DNA of 64,000 nucleotides from an uncultured bacterium (GTDB lineage Bacteria; Oederibacteriota; Oederibacteriia; Oederibacteriales; Oederibacteriaceae): NCBI GenBank assembly GCA_965112635.1, contig OZ218778.1, positions 2,656,001 to 2,720,000 of the forward strand, read 5' to 3'. Shown piece by piece: positions 55,422 to 64,000 of this stretch (position 1 is its first letter; each line of letters starts with the position of its first letter). The notes under the pieces were generated by a model. It saw only the letters and a program-made list of their open reading frames with translations, ran no database searches and was not told where the DNA came from. The position numbers and the translations under genes were made by a program.

Positions 55422-57218
55422 TCAATGCAGCACTATGAACTTCTTGGGACCGATTTTAGTGGAACCCTGCGAACCATAATCCAGCTTGATAATATACAGG
55501 TAAACCCCTGATGCCAAGTCTTTGATATCAATGGCGCTGACCTGCGGCCCTGCCTGCGTATTCCCCTCCACGGTCTCCACCAGCTCCGCCGCATCGTTAT
55601 ATACCCGTATCTTGAAACTCCCCGGGCTGGACATGTAATAAACGATGTTCGCGGTGTTCCCGGTGGCCGGTGAGGGATAAATAAAGGATGTCCCCGGTGC
55701 AGGCGGGGTGGTGAAAAAGGTCGGGGTATTCGTAAAAGTCAGAGAAGGGGTAAAAGTATCGCTGGGGGTCAGAGTTTGGGAAGGCGTCCGGGTCTGAGTG
55801 GGAGTACCCGAATCTGTCAAGGTCTGCGTGACGGTATAGGTCGGAGAAGCCGTACCCGTCAGAGTGATGGTCGCGGTTTGTGTTTTGGTTGGGGTCTGGG
55901 TAACCGTGTTTGAGGCTGTGCCGGTCGCGCTGGCTGTCAGGGTCTGGGTCGCTGTCCCGGAAACAGTAGAGGTGGATGAAATGGTCCAGGTACAGGTCAC
56001 TGTGGCCGTATTGGAAGCAGTACTAGTCATCCCCGGAGTGGCAGTCTGGGTAGCTGTAGGAGTGGGGGTACCGGCTAAGCAAGCGGGAGTTTGTATAGTC
56101 CCGCTGGTGCGGTACAAGCCGTTGTTGGCAAGCGTGTAAAGATACCCATCACAGGAATTGATCGCCAAACTGCGGGGCGCTGATAAACCTACCACTCCAG
56201 TATCCCATGCGTTCCAGGTAGTTCCATTGTCCGTTGATCTTATAATATGGTTGGTCATCCCGGTGTCTCCGGCTAACTGGGCTTGGATGCTGACATACAG
56301 GATGCCATTACTGTCGGTTACCATATCATGGCGCAGATCTGGCAACGTGCTGCAACCAGTACCTATCGGTATTGGACTCCCCCAGTTGTCCCCATGGTCC
56401 GTGGATTTATGGAAGGCATAACCCAGCTCATAGGTGTTCCCCAATGAGTCATAACCAAATCCAGAAGTATTGCCAGAGGCCCCGGGCCAGGCATTGCAAC
56501 CAGAGGCGGTATAATTCGCTGCAGTTTGGGTAAAGGTCAAACCATTGTCCGTGGACCGCCATATAGAACGTAGAGGATCACTGCTGGTGTCATAGTTGGG
56601 ACCTGTTTCATGTCCGGCCCATACTTCCCCGGTGACCCGGTTGACATCCACATACCCCCATCCCGAAGAACCGTGGGGCGGCGGTCCAGCCACGATACCG
56701 GGCTGGGTAGATTGAAAGCAGGTACTGCCTCCATCCGTGCTGACCCAGACCGTCCCATCAAAATGCCCAACAAAAAGAGCATTGCCATTAGGAGCCACGG
56801 TTATTGACCAAGTAGAGGTATTACTATAATCCGTATGTCCGGCTATCATGCTCCAGCTGACCCCAAAATTTTTTGAAACATAATAGTTAGTAGTACAGGG
56901 TGAGGTCAGCCAGGTCCCCACATAAATATAGTGATTGTTGCTGTCCACTGCCAAAGCAGATAACCATTCCGCACGCCCCATGCAGTCGGTGGGCAGGCTG
57001 CTGTTAATTTTTGTCCAGGAGGCGGCTGAATCTTTGGATAGCCACAGGTCCCCGCCCGCCACTAAGGTGTAAATATACCCATTGCTCTGGTCTATCACTA
57101 TGTCATTGGGAGTCGCGCCAGGGGCAGTAACATTTATAAACGGCAACTGGGCGTGAACTAGGGGAATTATAATGAAAGATAGAACCAGCCAGGAGCCAAC
57201 CTGCAGAATCCTCCTCAT
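55422..57218 (-). CDS. Exported BNR/Asp-box (sialidase/VPS10-like) beta-propeller protein with Thr-rich linker and C-terminal sorting-like domain
   Basis: Asp boxes SKDSAASW, SKNFGVSW, STDGGST, STDNGLTF, STDHGDNW, STDNGTTW; FIYPSPATG...KKFIVLH; start placed at ATG 57218 (track gives 57272). Confidence 0.88.
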   Translation of the reverse strand: MRRILQVGSWLVLSFIIIPLVHAQLPFINVTAPGATPNDIVIDQSNGYIYTLVAGGDLWLSKDSAASWTKINSSLPTDCMGRAEWLSALAVDSNNHYIYVGTWLTSPCTTNYYVSKNFGVSWSMIAGHTDYSNTSTWSITVAPNGNALFVGHFDGTVWVSTDGGSTCFQSTQPGIVAGPPPHGSSGWGYVDVNRVTGEVWAGHETGPNYDTSSDPLRSIWRSTDNGLTFTQTAANYTASGCNAWPGASGNTSGFGYDSLGNTYELGYAFHKSTDHGDNWGSPIPIGTGCSTLPDLRHDMVTDSNGILYVSIQAQLAGDTGMTNHIIRSTDNGTTWNAWDTGVVGLSAPRSLAINSCDGYLYTLANNGLYRTSGTIQTPACLAGTPTPTATQTATPGMTSTASNTATVTCTWTISSTSTVSGTATQTLTASATGTASNTVTQTPTKTQTATITLTGTASPTYTVTQTLTDSGTPTQTRTPSQTLTPSDTFTPSLTFTNTPTFFTTPPAPGTSFIYPSPATGNTANIVYYMSSPGSFKIRVYNDAAELVETVEGNTQAGPQVSAIDIKDLASGVYLYIIKLDYGSQGSTKIGPKKFIVLH

Positions 57219-57387
57219 CCCGCTTTCCTCCCTACTACCTATATTAAACCACGAACCAATAATTTGCCTCATTTAGGACACGCCTGAACTGCAATGTTGG
57301 CCACAATACTTTCAAATACACCTGACTAACCTTCCCATTTTTTGTTACAATTCCTGCATATTATCTAATTGAGAAAGAGGATGACCA

Positions 57388-58473
57388 ATGAGCAGTTCAG
57401 AAACAATGGATTACGGAACATTTGAAGCGACCGTAGAGCGCAGCGCCAAGCTGGAGCTGGAACTCCAAAAGACCCCGGCCAAGTTCCGCGTCCTGACCGG
57501 CGACCGCCCTACGGGCAGCCTGCATGTGGGCCATCTTTTCGGCTCTTTGCACAACCGGGTGCGCCTGCAAAACATGGGCGTCCCCATCTTTATCGTCATC
57601 GCGGACTACCAGGTGCTGACGGACCGGGATACTTTTGAAAGCATCTCCGAAAATGTTAAACAACTGACCCTGGACTATTTGGCCGCCGGTATCGACCCCG
57701 AGAACGGCCGCACTTTTATCTTTCCCCACAGCCATGTGCCGGAACTCAACCAGCTCATCGTCCCCTTCCTCACCCTGGTGACCAACGCCGAGCTGGACCG
57801 CAATCCCACGGTCAAGGAAGAGATACTCGCCGCCGGCCAGAAAAAAATCAACGCGGGCATGTACACCTATCCCGTGCACCAGGCCGCGGACATCCTGTTC
57901 TGCAAGGGTAATGTCGTACCGGTCGGCAAGGACCAGCTCCCCCACTTGGAACTGACCCGGGTCATTGCCCGCCGGTTCAACGAGCGGTTCTCTCCCCAAG
58001 CTCCGGTGTTTCCTGAACCCCAGGCCCTGCTGAGCAAAGCCACCATGATATTGGGTCTGGACGGCTCTCAGAAGATGAGCAAAAGCAGGAACAACGCCAT
58101 CATGCTCAGCGCTACTGAGGACGAGACCGCCAAGCTCATCAAATCCGCCAAGACCGACACGGACCGTAACATCACTTATGACCCGGCCAATCGGCCGGAA
58201 GTAGCCAACCTGCTCCTGCTCATCTCCCTGTGCACCGGCAAAACCCCGACCGAAATCGCCGCAGGCATTGGCGATGGCGGCGCCGGCAAACTCAAAGCGC
58301 TTTTGACCGAAACCCTCAACACCTATCTCCAACCTCTCAGAGCCAAACGAGCGGAACTGGCTAAAAATCCGGACTATGTCCAACGGGTTTTGCGTCAAGG
58401 CGTCCAAAAAGCCCGGGAAATCGGCCAGCAGACTTTGGAACAGGTCCGCCAGGCCATGCATATGGAACTATAA
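57388..58473 (+). CDS. trpS: Tryptophan--tRNA ligase
   Basis: TGDRPTG.LHVGH (HIGH), YPV.QAADIL, VPVG.DQ.PH.E, KMSKS. Confidence 0.97.
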   Translation: MSSSETMDYGTFEATVERSAKLELELQKTPAKFRVLTGDRPTGSLHVGHLFGSLHNRVRLQNMGVPIFIVIADYQVLTDRDTFESISENVKQLTLDYLAAGIDPENGRTFIFPHSHVPELNQLIVPFLTLVTNAELDRNPTVKEEILAAGQKKINAGMYTYPVHQAADILFCKGNVVPVGKDQLPHLELTRVIARRFNERFSPQAPVFPEPQALLSKATMILGLDGSQKMSKSRNNAIMLSATEDETAKLIKSAKTDTDRNITYDPANRPEVANLLLLISLCTGKTPTEIAAGIGDGGAGKLKALLTETLNTYLQPLRAKRAELAKNPDYVQRVLRQGVQKAREIGQQTLEQVRQAMHMEL

Positions 58474-58475
58474 AT

Positions 58476-60932
58476 ATGAAGCAGAAGGTCGAGCGTTACC
58501 TTATCTCCGACGACCCTTATTTCCGGCCCAAGGATGTCCAAAGCGTGGGATGTTTTTCGCAGGGAGCCTGGCCCTGCCGCTGGATAACCTGCCCGGACGC
58601 GGGAAAACCCCCTTTTGTCACGGCTTTTCGCAGGAAATTCAGCCTTAAACGCAAGGCTACCCTGCATGTCCATGTGACCGCCGATGAACGCTACGAACTT
58701 TTCCTAGACGGCCAGAGAGTCGGCCAAGGCAGCGAGCGCGGGGACAAGGACAACTGGTTCTACGAGTCCTACCGCATGAACTTGACCCCCGGCGCCCATG
58801 TGCTGGTGGCCCGCGTCTGGTCTTTGGGCCCCTATTCTCCCCTGGCCCAGATGACCGTGTCCCCGGGCTTTCTTTTTTCGCCTGAAGGCAAGCAGTTCAT
58901 CCAGCTCCTGGGGACCGGAGTAGCGCCTTGGGAAACCAAAAAGCTGGAAGGGTATGGCTTCATTACCCAGGATGAGATCCTGGGCACCGGCGCGGATTGC
59001 GCCATTTATGGCAATGCTTTCCCCTGGGGCTTTGAAAAAGGACTGGGTTCTGGCTGGAAACCCGCTCAGGCTTCCCTTGCGGGCCAGAACAGTTTTGTCC
59101 GGAACAATGTTTCGCCAACCCATCATTTTTTAAGGCCTGCCCTTCTGCCGCCTATGCTGGAGACCATCCAACATTTGGGCCGGGTGCGTTTCTGCAGTGC
59201 GGTCAAAAGCATCAAAACAGACTTTGTCCCTGTAAGGCAAAGCGAGAATAACCCCGTCCAAAGCGCTGCCTGGGACCGGATGGTCCAAGGAGATGGCTCC
59301 GTGAAGGTGCCTCCCCACAGCCGGCTGCGCGTCATCCTGGACCTGGAAAATTATTACTGCGCCTATCCCGCTCTCGTGGTCTCCAGGGGCAAGGCCAGCC
59401 TGGTGCGGGTCCATTGGGCGGAAAGCCTTTACAACATCTTGCACGACGAAAGCAAGATGAACAACGATGTTCCCTGGTGGGAAAAACAGGGGGTGTTCAA
59501 CATCCCCAAAGGGAACCGGGACGAGATAGAGGGTAAATTCTTTTACGGCGTGGGCGACGTGTTTTACCCGGACGGAGGGAAGCGCCGGACTTTTACCCCA
59601 CTCTGGTGGCAGGCGGGCCGCTATATTGAGTTCGTGGTCGAGACCAAGACCGAAAGCCTGGTCATCGAGTCGTTCAGCCTGCGGGAAACGCGCTATCCCC
59701 TGGAAATGGAAAGTTCTTTCCAGTCCAGCGACCCCCGTTTAGCGAGAGTGACGCCCCTGATGCTCCGGGCCCTGCAGATGTGCTCCCACGAAACCTATAT
59801 GGATTGCCCTTACTACGAACAGCTCATGTATATCGGCGATACCCGGCTCCAAGCTTTGACCACCTATTTGATCAGCCCGGACCACCGCCTCCCCAAAAAA
59901 GCCATCCAGATGTTCGAAGCTGGGCGCCTGAGCTCCGGCATCACCCTGTGCAGTTACCCTAATCGGGGCACCGGCATCATCCCCGGCTTTTCGCTGTGGT
60001 GGGTGGCTATGGTCTATGACTACGCCCTGTGGCAGGACGATTTTAAAACTGTAAAAAACCTGCTGCCCGGCACTCGGGCTGTCCTGGACTGCTACCGCGG
60101 CTATCTCAACAAAGACGGCCTGGTCCAGGCTGCCAGGGGTTGGAACTTCATGGACTGGGTGCCGGAATGGGCGCCCATCGGCATGTCGCCGGACTCGGAC
60201 CTGGGCATAAACGGCCTGGTCAACTGGCAATTCGTCCTGGTCCTGGCCCAGCAGGCCCAGCTCGAAGAATGGGCCGGTGAAACCGAGCTGGCCAGCAGGG
60301 GCCGCCAGCAGGCCAGAGTTTTGGCTGACCGGCTGAAAAAGGTTTTTTGGGATCCTAAACGGGGTCTGATGAGCGACGATGTCCATCATAAACACTTTTC
60401 TGAGCATACCCAGTGCCTGGCCCTGCTAAGCGGGCTGCTGGACAAGGAAACAGAGAAAAAAATCGACCAAGGATTGCTGAACGACAAGGGCCTGTGCCGC
60501 ACCACTATTTATTTCAGCCACTACCTTTTTGAGGCCCTCAGAATTTTGGGGCGCATCGACATCCTGCTCCAGAGGATGGAGTTGTGGTTCGGCCTGCAGA
60601 GACAGGGTTTTAAGACCACCGTGGAAACCCCCGAACCTTCCCGTTCTGACTGCCACGGCTGGGGAGCCCACCCTCTGTACCATTACTTTGCCACCATCCT
60701 GGGTATCCGTCCCGGTTCGCTTGGATTTAAAACAGTGACCATAGCCCCTCAGCTCGGTTCACTCTCCTGGGCCAAGGGAACCATGGCCCACCCCAAAGGG
60801 TTTATCGAAGCGGATCTTAGGCTGGAAAATGGACGCCTGAAAGGGCGCATTATCCTGCCCAAAGGGTTGAACGGAACTTTCGCCTACAAGGGACGCACCT
60901 CCAAGCTCAAACCGGGAAAAAATAATATTTAA
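58476..60932 (+). CDS. Alpha-L-rhamnosidase-like glycoside hydrolase (GH78)
   Basis: H+TADERY.LFLDG, E.YMDCPYYEQL.Y.GD.R, F.DW, SDCHGWGAHP, ILG.RP...GF. Confidence 0.88.
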   Translation: MKQKVERYLISDDPYFRPKDVQSVGCFSQGAWPCRWITCPDAGKPPFVTAFRRKFSLKRKATLHVHVTADERYELFLDGQRVGQGSERGDKDNWFYESYRMNLTPGAHVLVARVWSLGPYSPLAQMTVSPGFLFSPEGKQFIQLLGTGVAPWETKKLEGYGFITQDEILGTGADCAIYGNAFPWGFEKGLGSGWKPAQASLAGQNSFVRNNVSPTHHFLRPALLPPMLETIQHLGRVRFCSAVKSIKTDFVPVRQSENNPVQSAAWDRMVQGDGSVKVPPHSRLRVILDLENYYCAYPALVVSRGKASLVRVHWAESLYNILHDESKMNNDVPWWEKQGVFNIPKGNRDEIEGKFFYGVGDVFYPDGGKRRTFTPLWWQAGRYIEFVVETKTESLVIESFSLRETRYPLEMESSFQSSDPRLARVTPLMLRALQMCSHETYMDCPYYEQLMYIGDTRLQALTTYLISPDHRLPKKAIQMFEAGRLSSGITLCSYPNRGTGIIPGFSLWWVAMVYDYALWQDDFKTVKNLLPGTRAVLDCYRGYLNKDGLVQAARGWNFMDWVPEWAPIGMSPDSDLGINGLVNWQFVLVLAQQAQLEEWAGETELASRGRQQARVLADRLKKVFWDPKRGLMSDDVHHKHFSEHTQCLALLSGLLDKETEKKIDQGLLNDKGLCRTTIYFSHYLFEALRILGRIDILLQRMELWFGLQRQGFKTTVETPEPSRSDCHGWGAHPLYHYFATILGIRPGSLGFKTVTIAPQLGSLSWAKGTMAHPKGFIEADLRLENGRLKGRIILPKGLNGTFAYKGRTSKLKPGKNNI

Positions 60933-60986
60933 GAAAGTAACGCTTACCTCAAAGCGGTCCAGGACATGTTTCATTAAAGGCGGGCT

Positions 60987-61757
60987 ATGGAAAACGCTCC
61001 AAGCAAAGAGATTATCCTGCGGGACCTGAGGGCGCTGGGAATTCAGGCAGGCAATGTGCTTTTGGTGCACAGTTCGCTGAAAAGCCTGGGCTTCGTACCC
61101 GGAGGCCCTGCAGAGGTCATCCTGGCCCTGCAGGAAGCTTTGATGCCTCAGGGTTCTTTGGTCATGCCCACCTTTACCTTCGCGGCCATCAATGGCAATA
61201 ATCCCCGGTTTGAGGTGAGGAAAACCCCGTCAGGAGTGGGAAAGATCACCGAAAGCTTCCGCACCATGCCCGGAGTTATGCGCTCACTGCATCCCACCCA
61301 TTCCGTAGGTGTCTGGGGGCGCGATGCTGCGGCCATGACTGCGGGACATGAACGCTTTCAGACACCTTGCGCCATGGGCAGTCCTTTCAGCCGTATTGTG
61401 GAGCGGAAAGGCAAAATCCTGTTCCTGGGCGTCACCACGGAATTCAATACCATGCTCCATGGGGTGGAGGAATGGGCCGGCACGCAAACCTTTACAACTG
61501 AGCCGGAACCCTTGGAGGTCGTGGATTATTCCGGACAGGTCATCCCGGTCCCCTCCCTGCGCCATACCATGGACAGGTCCGCTTATTATCGGAAGATGGA
61601 GCCCTTATATTTGCGTGAGGGTATTATGAAAACAGGCCGGGTCGGACCTGCTGAATGCCGGTTGGTGGATAGCGCCAGGATGACTGAATTTACCCTGAAA
61701 CTTTTAAAGCGATATCCATCGCTGTTTACCAACAATGATATTCCGTCCGATGCCTAA
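60987..61757 (+). CDS. AAC(3) family N-acetyltransferase
   Basis: L..LGI..G..LLVHSSLKSLG.V.GG, G.LVMPTF, G.I.E.FR..PGV.RS.HPTHS, NT.LH..EE. Confidence 0.9.
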   Translation: MENAPSKEIILRDLRALGIQAGNVLLVHSSLKSLGFVPGGPAEVILALQEALMPQGSLVMPTFTFAAINGNNPRFEVRKTPSGVGKITESFRTMPGVMRSLHPTHSVGVWGRDAAAMTAGHERFQTPCAMGSPFSRIVERKGKILFLGVTTEFNTMLHGVEEWAGTQTFTTEPEPLEVVDYSGQVIPVPSLRHTMDRSAYYRKMEPLYLREGIMKTGRVGPAECRLVDSARMTEFTLKLLKRYPSLFTNNDIPSDA

Positions 61758-61793
61758 GGCAGGATATAATCTAAGTCTGAATGGAGTCCACCA

Positions 61794-62744
61794 ATGCATT
61801 CTAAGAAGATAAAAAGAATAACAGGCAGTTGGTTTGATTTTCACCACCAAAATCCTTTTGACGGAGACTACTGGAACGACCAGGCCGCCAGGTTCACGGA
61901 TGCCCAATGGCGGATAAAAGTGGACGAGGCCAGCGGGCTGGGATTGGACACCCTGGTCCTGATGGCGGTCACCTTGCACGGCAAGTCGTTTTATCCCTCG
62001 CGGGTCATTACCCGGCAATGGAAGATGGGATGCCCGGACCCCCTGGAGGCAGTGCTTTCCCAGGCGGATAAAAAGAAGATCAAAGTTTACCTAGGTATTG
62101 GGTTTTTCCAAGAGGACTCGGACAGCGCCAGAGAAGAATCCAAGCTCGGCTTTCTGCACAGGGAAGTGCCGCAGGAATTGGCACGGAACTACGGGCACCA
62201 TCGCTCTCTCGGCGGTTGGTATTTGCCGGTCGAGGAAGGTTTGCAGGGTTGTTTTTCCACGGTTTACCTGAATTATGTCCATAAGCTGAGCCGGCATTGC
62301 CGAAAAGCACTGGACAGGAAAGTGCTGATCGCGCCTTACGGAACCCAAACTGTCATCCCTGACCGCAAGTATGTGGAGCAACTCAAGCGGCTGGAAGCTG
62401 ACCATGTGGCCTACCAGGATAGTGTGGGTTGCCGTTCGGCCCAAGTTTGGGAGCTGGACAGCATTTATGGGGGGCTGGCCAAGGCCCACAAAAAAGCCAA
62501 GGTGCCCTTGTGGGCGGACACGGAAGTTTTCAATTTTGAAGGAGAGCTCAAAAAAACACCTCTCGTCGCGGCTCCGTTTGCCCGTATCCTGGCCCAACTC
62601 AGGGCCCTTTCCCCCTACTGCGAAAAGATCCTGTGCTACCAGGTCCATGGCCTCATGAATCCGAGGCATAGCAAGGCCATGCTGGGACATCCGTCATCCG
62701 TGCGGCTCTACGAGAACTACATGGAATGGCTCAAGAAACGATGA
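61794..62744 (+). CDS. DUF4434 family protein (predicted glycoside-hydrolase-like TIM barrel)
   Basis: ITGSWFDF.H, G.DTLVL, FYPS, DPLEAVLS.AD....KV..G.G, YGHH.S..GWY.P.E, AYQD.VG, LWAD.E.F. Confidence 0.75.
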   Translation: MHSKKIKRITGSWFDFHHQNPFDGDYWNDQAARFTDAQWRIKVDEASGLGLDTLVLMAVTLHGKSFYPSRVITRQWKMGCPDPLEAVLSQADKKKIKVYLGIGFFQEDSDSAREESKLGFLHREVPQELARNYGHHRSLGGWYLPVEEGLQGCFSTVYLNYVHKLSRHCRKALDRKVLIAPYGTQTVIPDRKYVEQLKRLEADHVAYQDSVGCRSAQVWELDSIYGGLAKAHKKAKVPLWADTEVFNFEGELKKTPLVAAPFARILAQLRALSPYCEKILCYQVHGLMNPRHSKAMLGHPSSVRLYENYMEWLKKR

Positions 62745-62781
62745 TCAATCAGTAAACTTTTTAAACCCAAAGGCAGAAAAC

Positions 62782-64000
62782 ATGCTGGTCCATAACCCTG
62801 AAAAACTAAGGTGGTTCTACGAGAATGAACTTTGGAATGACAACATACCGTTCTGGATGGAACATTCGCCGGACCGCAAACACGGCGGGTATTTTACCTG
62901 CCTCAGGGCGGATGGCAGCGTATACGACACCGATAAATTCGTGTGGCTGCAGGCACGGCAGGTCTGGATGCTCTCCAAGTTTTACAATACCCTGGCGCGG
63001 CGCAGGGAGTTTCTGGAGATGGCTGAGTTGGGGGCGAATTTCCTGCGGAAACACGGCCGGGACAAGAACGGGGATTGGTATTTTTCGCTGACCCGCGAAG
63101 GACGGCCCCTGGTCCAGCCTTACAATATTTTTTCCGATTGTTTCGCGGCCATGGCTTTCGCCGAATACGGGCGCGCCTCGGGGGAGAAATGGGCAACTGA
63201 CCTGGCGGTCCATACGTTCGAGCGCATCCAAAAACGCCAGGCCCACCCCAAGGGCAAGTATAATAAGCTGGTCCCCGGGACCCGGCCCATGCGGTCCCTT
63301 TCGCTTCCCATGATTACGGTCAACCTGGCCCAGGAACTGGGGGGAGCTGTTCCAGGTTACAATGTGGAAAAGGTCACCCGGGATAACATCAAAACCGTCA
63401 TGGACCTATTCGTGGACAAGAAGACCAAAATTGTCTACGAAAACGTGAAACCCAACGGAAAACATTTTGATTCATTCGAGGGCCGGCTGCTCAACCCCGG
63501 GCATGGGATAGAGAGCATGTGGTTCATCATGAATGCCGCGGACAAAATGGGTGACGATAAAATGGTCCGGCGGGCCAGCGACTCCCTCCTGGCCCAGATG
63601 AAATTCTGTTGGGACACCCAGTACGGCGGGTTCCTGTATTTCAAGGATGTCCAAGGCGACCCGCCCCAGCAGCTGGAATGGGACCAGAAACTGTGGTGGG
63701 TGCACATGGAGAGCCTCATCGCCTGCCTGATGGCCTGGCACCTGACCGGCCGGCGCGAATTCGCAGCCTGGTATGACCGGGTACACGATTACACCTGGAA
63801 GCATTTCCCGGACAGGAGATACGGCGAATGGTGGGGATACCTTAATCGGCAGGGCCAAGTGCTCCTGCCCTTAAAAGGCGGCAAATGGAAAGGGTGCTTC
63901 CATATCCCGCGGGGGCTGCTGTGCTGCATGAACATCCTGAACAGGATGATAAAGAAGAGCTCAAAGGCCCGAACGCACATCTTGTTGGGAAGGAAGGATT
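62782..64000 (+). CDS. AGE family epimerase (N-acylglucosamine 2-epimerase), runs off the window end
   Basis: Not in the ORF track; manual translation IPFW.EHS.D...GGYFTCL..DG.VYDTDKFVWLQARQVW...NPGHGIE..WF...LEWDQKLWWVH.E...KGGKWKGCFHIPR. Confidence 0.93.
   Translation, partial: MLVHNPEKLRWFYENELWNDNIPFWMEHSPDRKHGGYFTCLRADGSVYDTDKFVWLQARQVWMLSKFYNTLARRREFLEMAELGANFLRKHGRDKNGDWYFSLTREGRPLVQPYNIFSDCFAAMAFAEYGRASGEKWATDLAVHTFERIQKRQAHPKGKYNKLVPGTRPMRSLSLPMITVNLAQELGGAVPGYNVEKVTRDNIKTVMDLFVDKKTKIVYENVKPNGKHFDSFEGRLLNPGHGIESMWFIMNAADKMGDDKMVRRASDSLLAQMKFCWDTQYGGFLYFKDVQGDPPQQLEWDQKLWWVHMESLIACLMAWHLTGRREFAAWYDRVHDYTWKHFPDRRYGEWWGYLNRQGQVLLPLKGGKWKGCFHIPRGLLCCMNILNRMIKKSSKARTHILLGRKD

Noticed and set aside
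57397-58461. 354-aa antisense ORF covering almost all of trpS
   Set aside because: Codon-aligned shadow of a GC-rich gene with no recognisable motifs. Similar shadows lie opposite clpB, pnp and the HEAT gene, so it is not evidence of sense/antisense coding.
60987-61757. Acquired aminoglycoside-resistance gene
   Set aside because: Family motifs only; no mobile context, and it is embedded among sugar-metabolism genes.
62806-63980. Short ORFs listed in the track at the window end
   Set aside because: They overlap the AGE epimerase frame starting at 62782.

Overview
Bacterial chromosomal window from a diderm organism (LolA, AsmA, PorV-like barrel, ExbB/ExbD) with a Firmicutes/Elusimicrobia-like housekeeping gene order. 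The abundance of Thr-rich exported proteins with T9SS-like C-terminal domains is consistent with a candidate lineage such as Firestonebacteria, Goldbacteria or FCPU426 (inference only). About 4-34 kb is a mostly minus-strand core block: ECF sigma/anti-sigma, capA, asmA, recA, thpR, cinA, pgpA, pgsA, rimO, yajQ, rodZ, lolA, ftsK, dut, M16 peptidase, pnp, rpsO, ribF, truB, clpB, degP. At 35 kb a tRNA-Leu(GAG) is flanked by two unexplained RNA-like structures: three leader repeats antisense to its own 5' processing site, and a 154-nt rearranged tRNA-derived copy ending in CCA. About 41-57 kb is an accessory block: exported proteins sharing a conserved C-terminal sorting-like domain, a PorV/PorQ-family barrel, ExbB, ExbD and a TonB/TolA-like protein ending in a CBM9-like domain. 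This is the best candidate for an undescribed T9SS-like export/attachment system. The block also holds an IS256-family element that splits one cargo gene and a broken toxin-antitoxin locus. The window ends with a plus-strand trpS / GH78 / AAC(3) / DUF4434 / AGE-epimerase cluster. Two edge-truncated genes and one 47-aa gene missing from the ORF track were recovered by manual translation. All family assignments are from motif recognition, not database searches.
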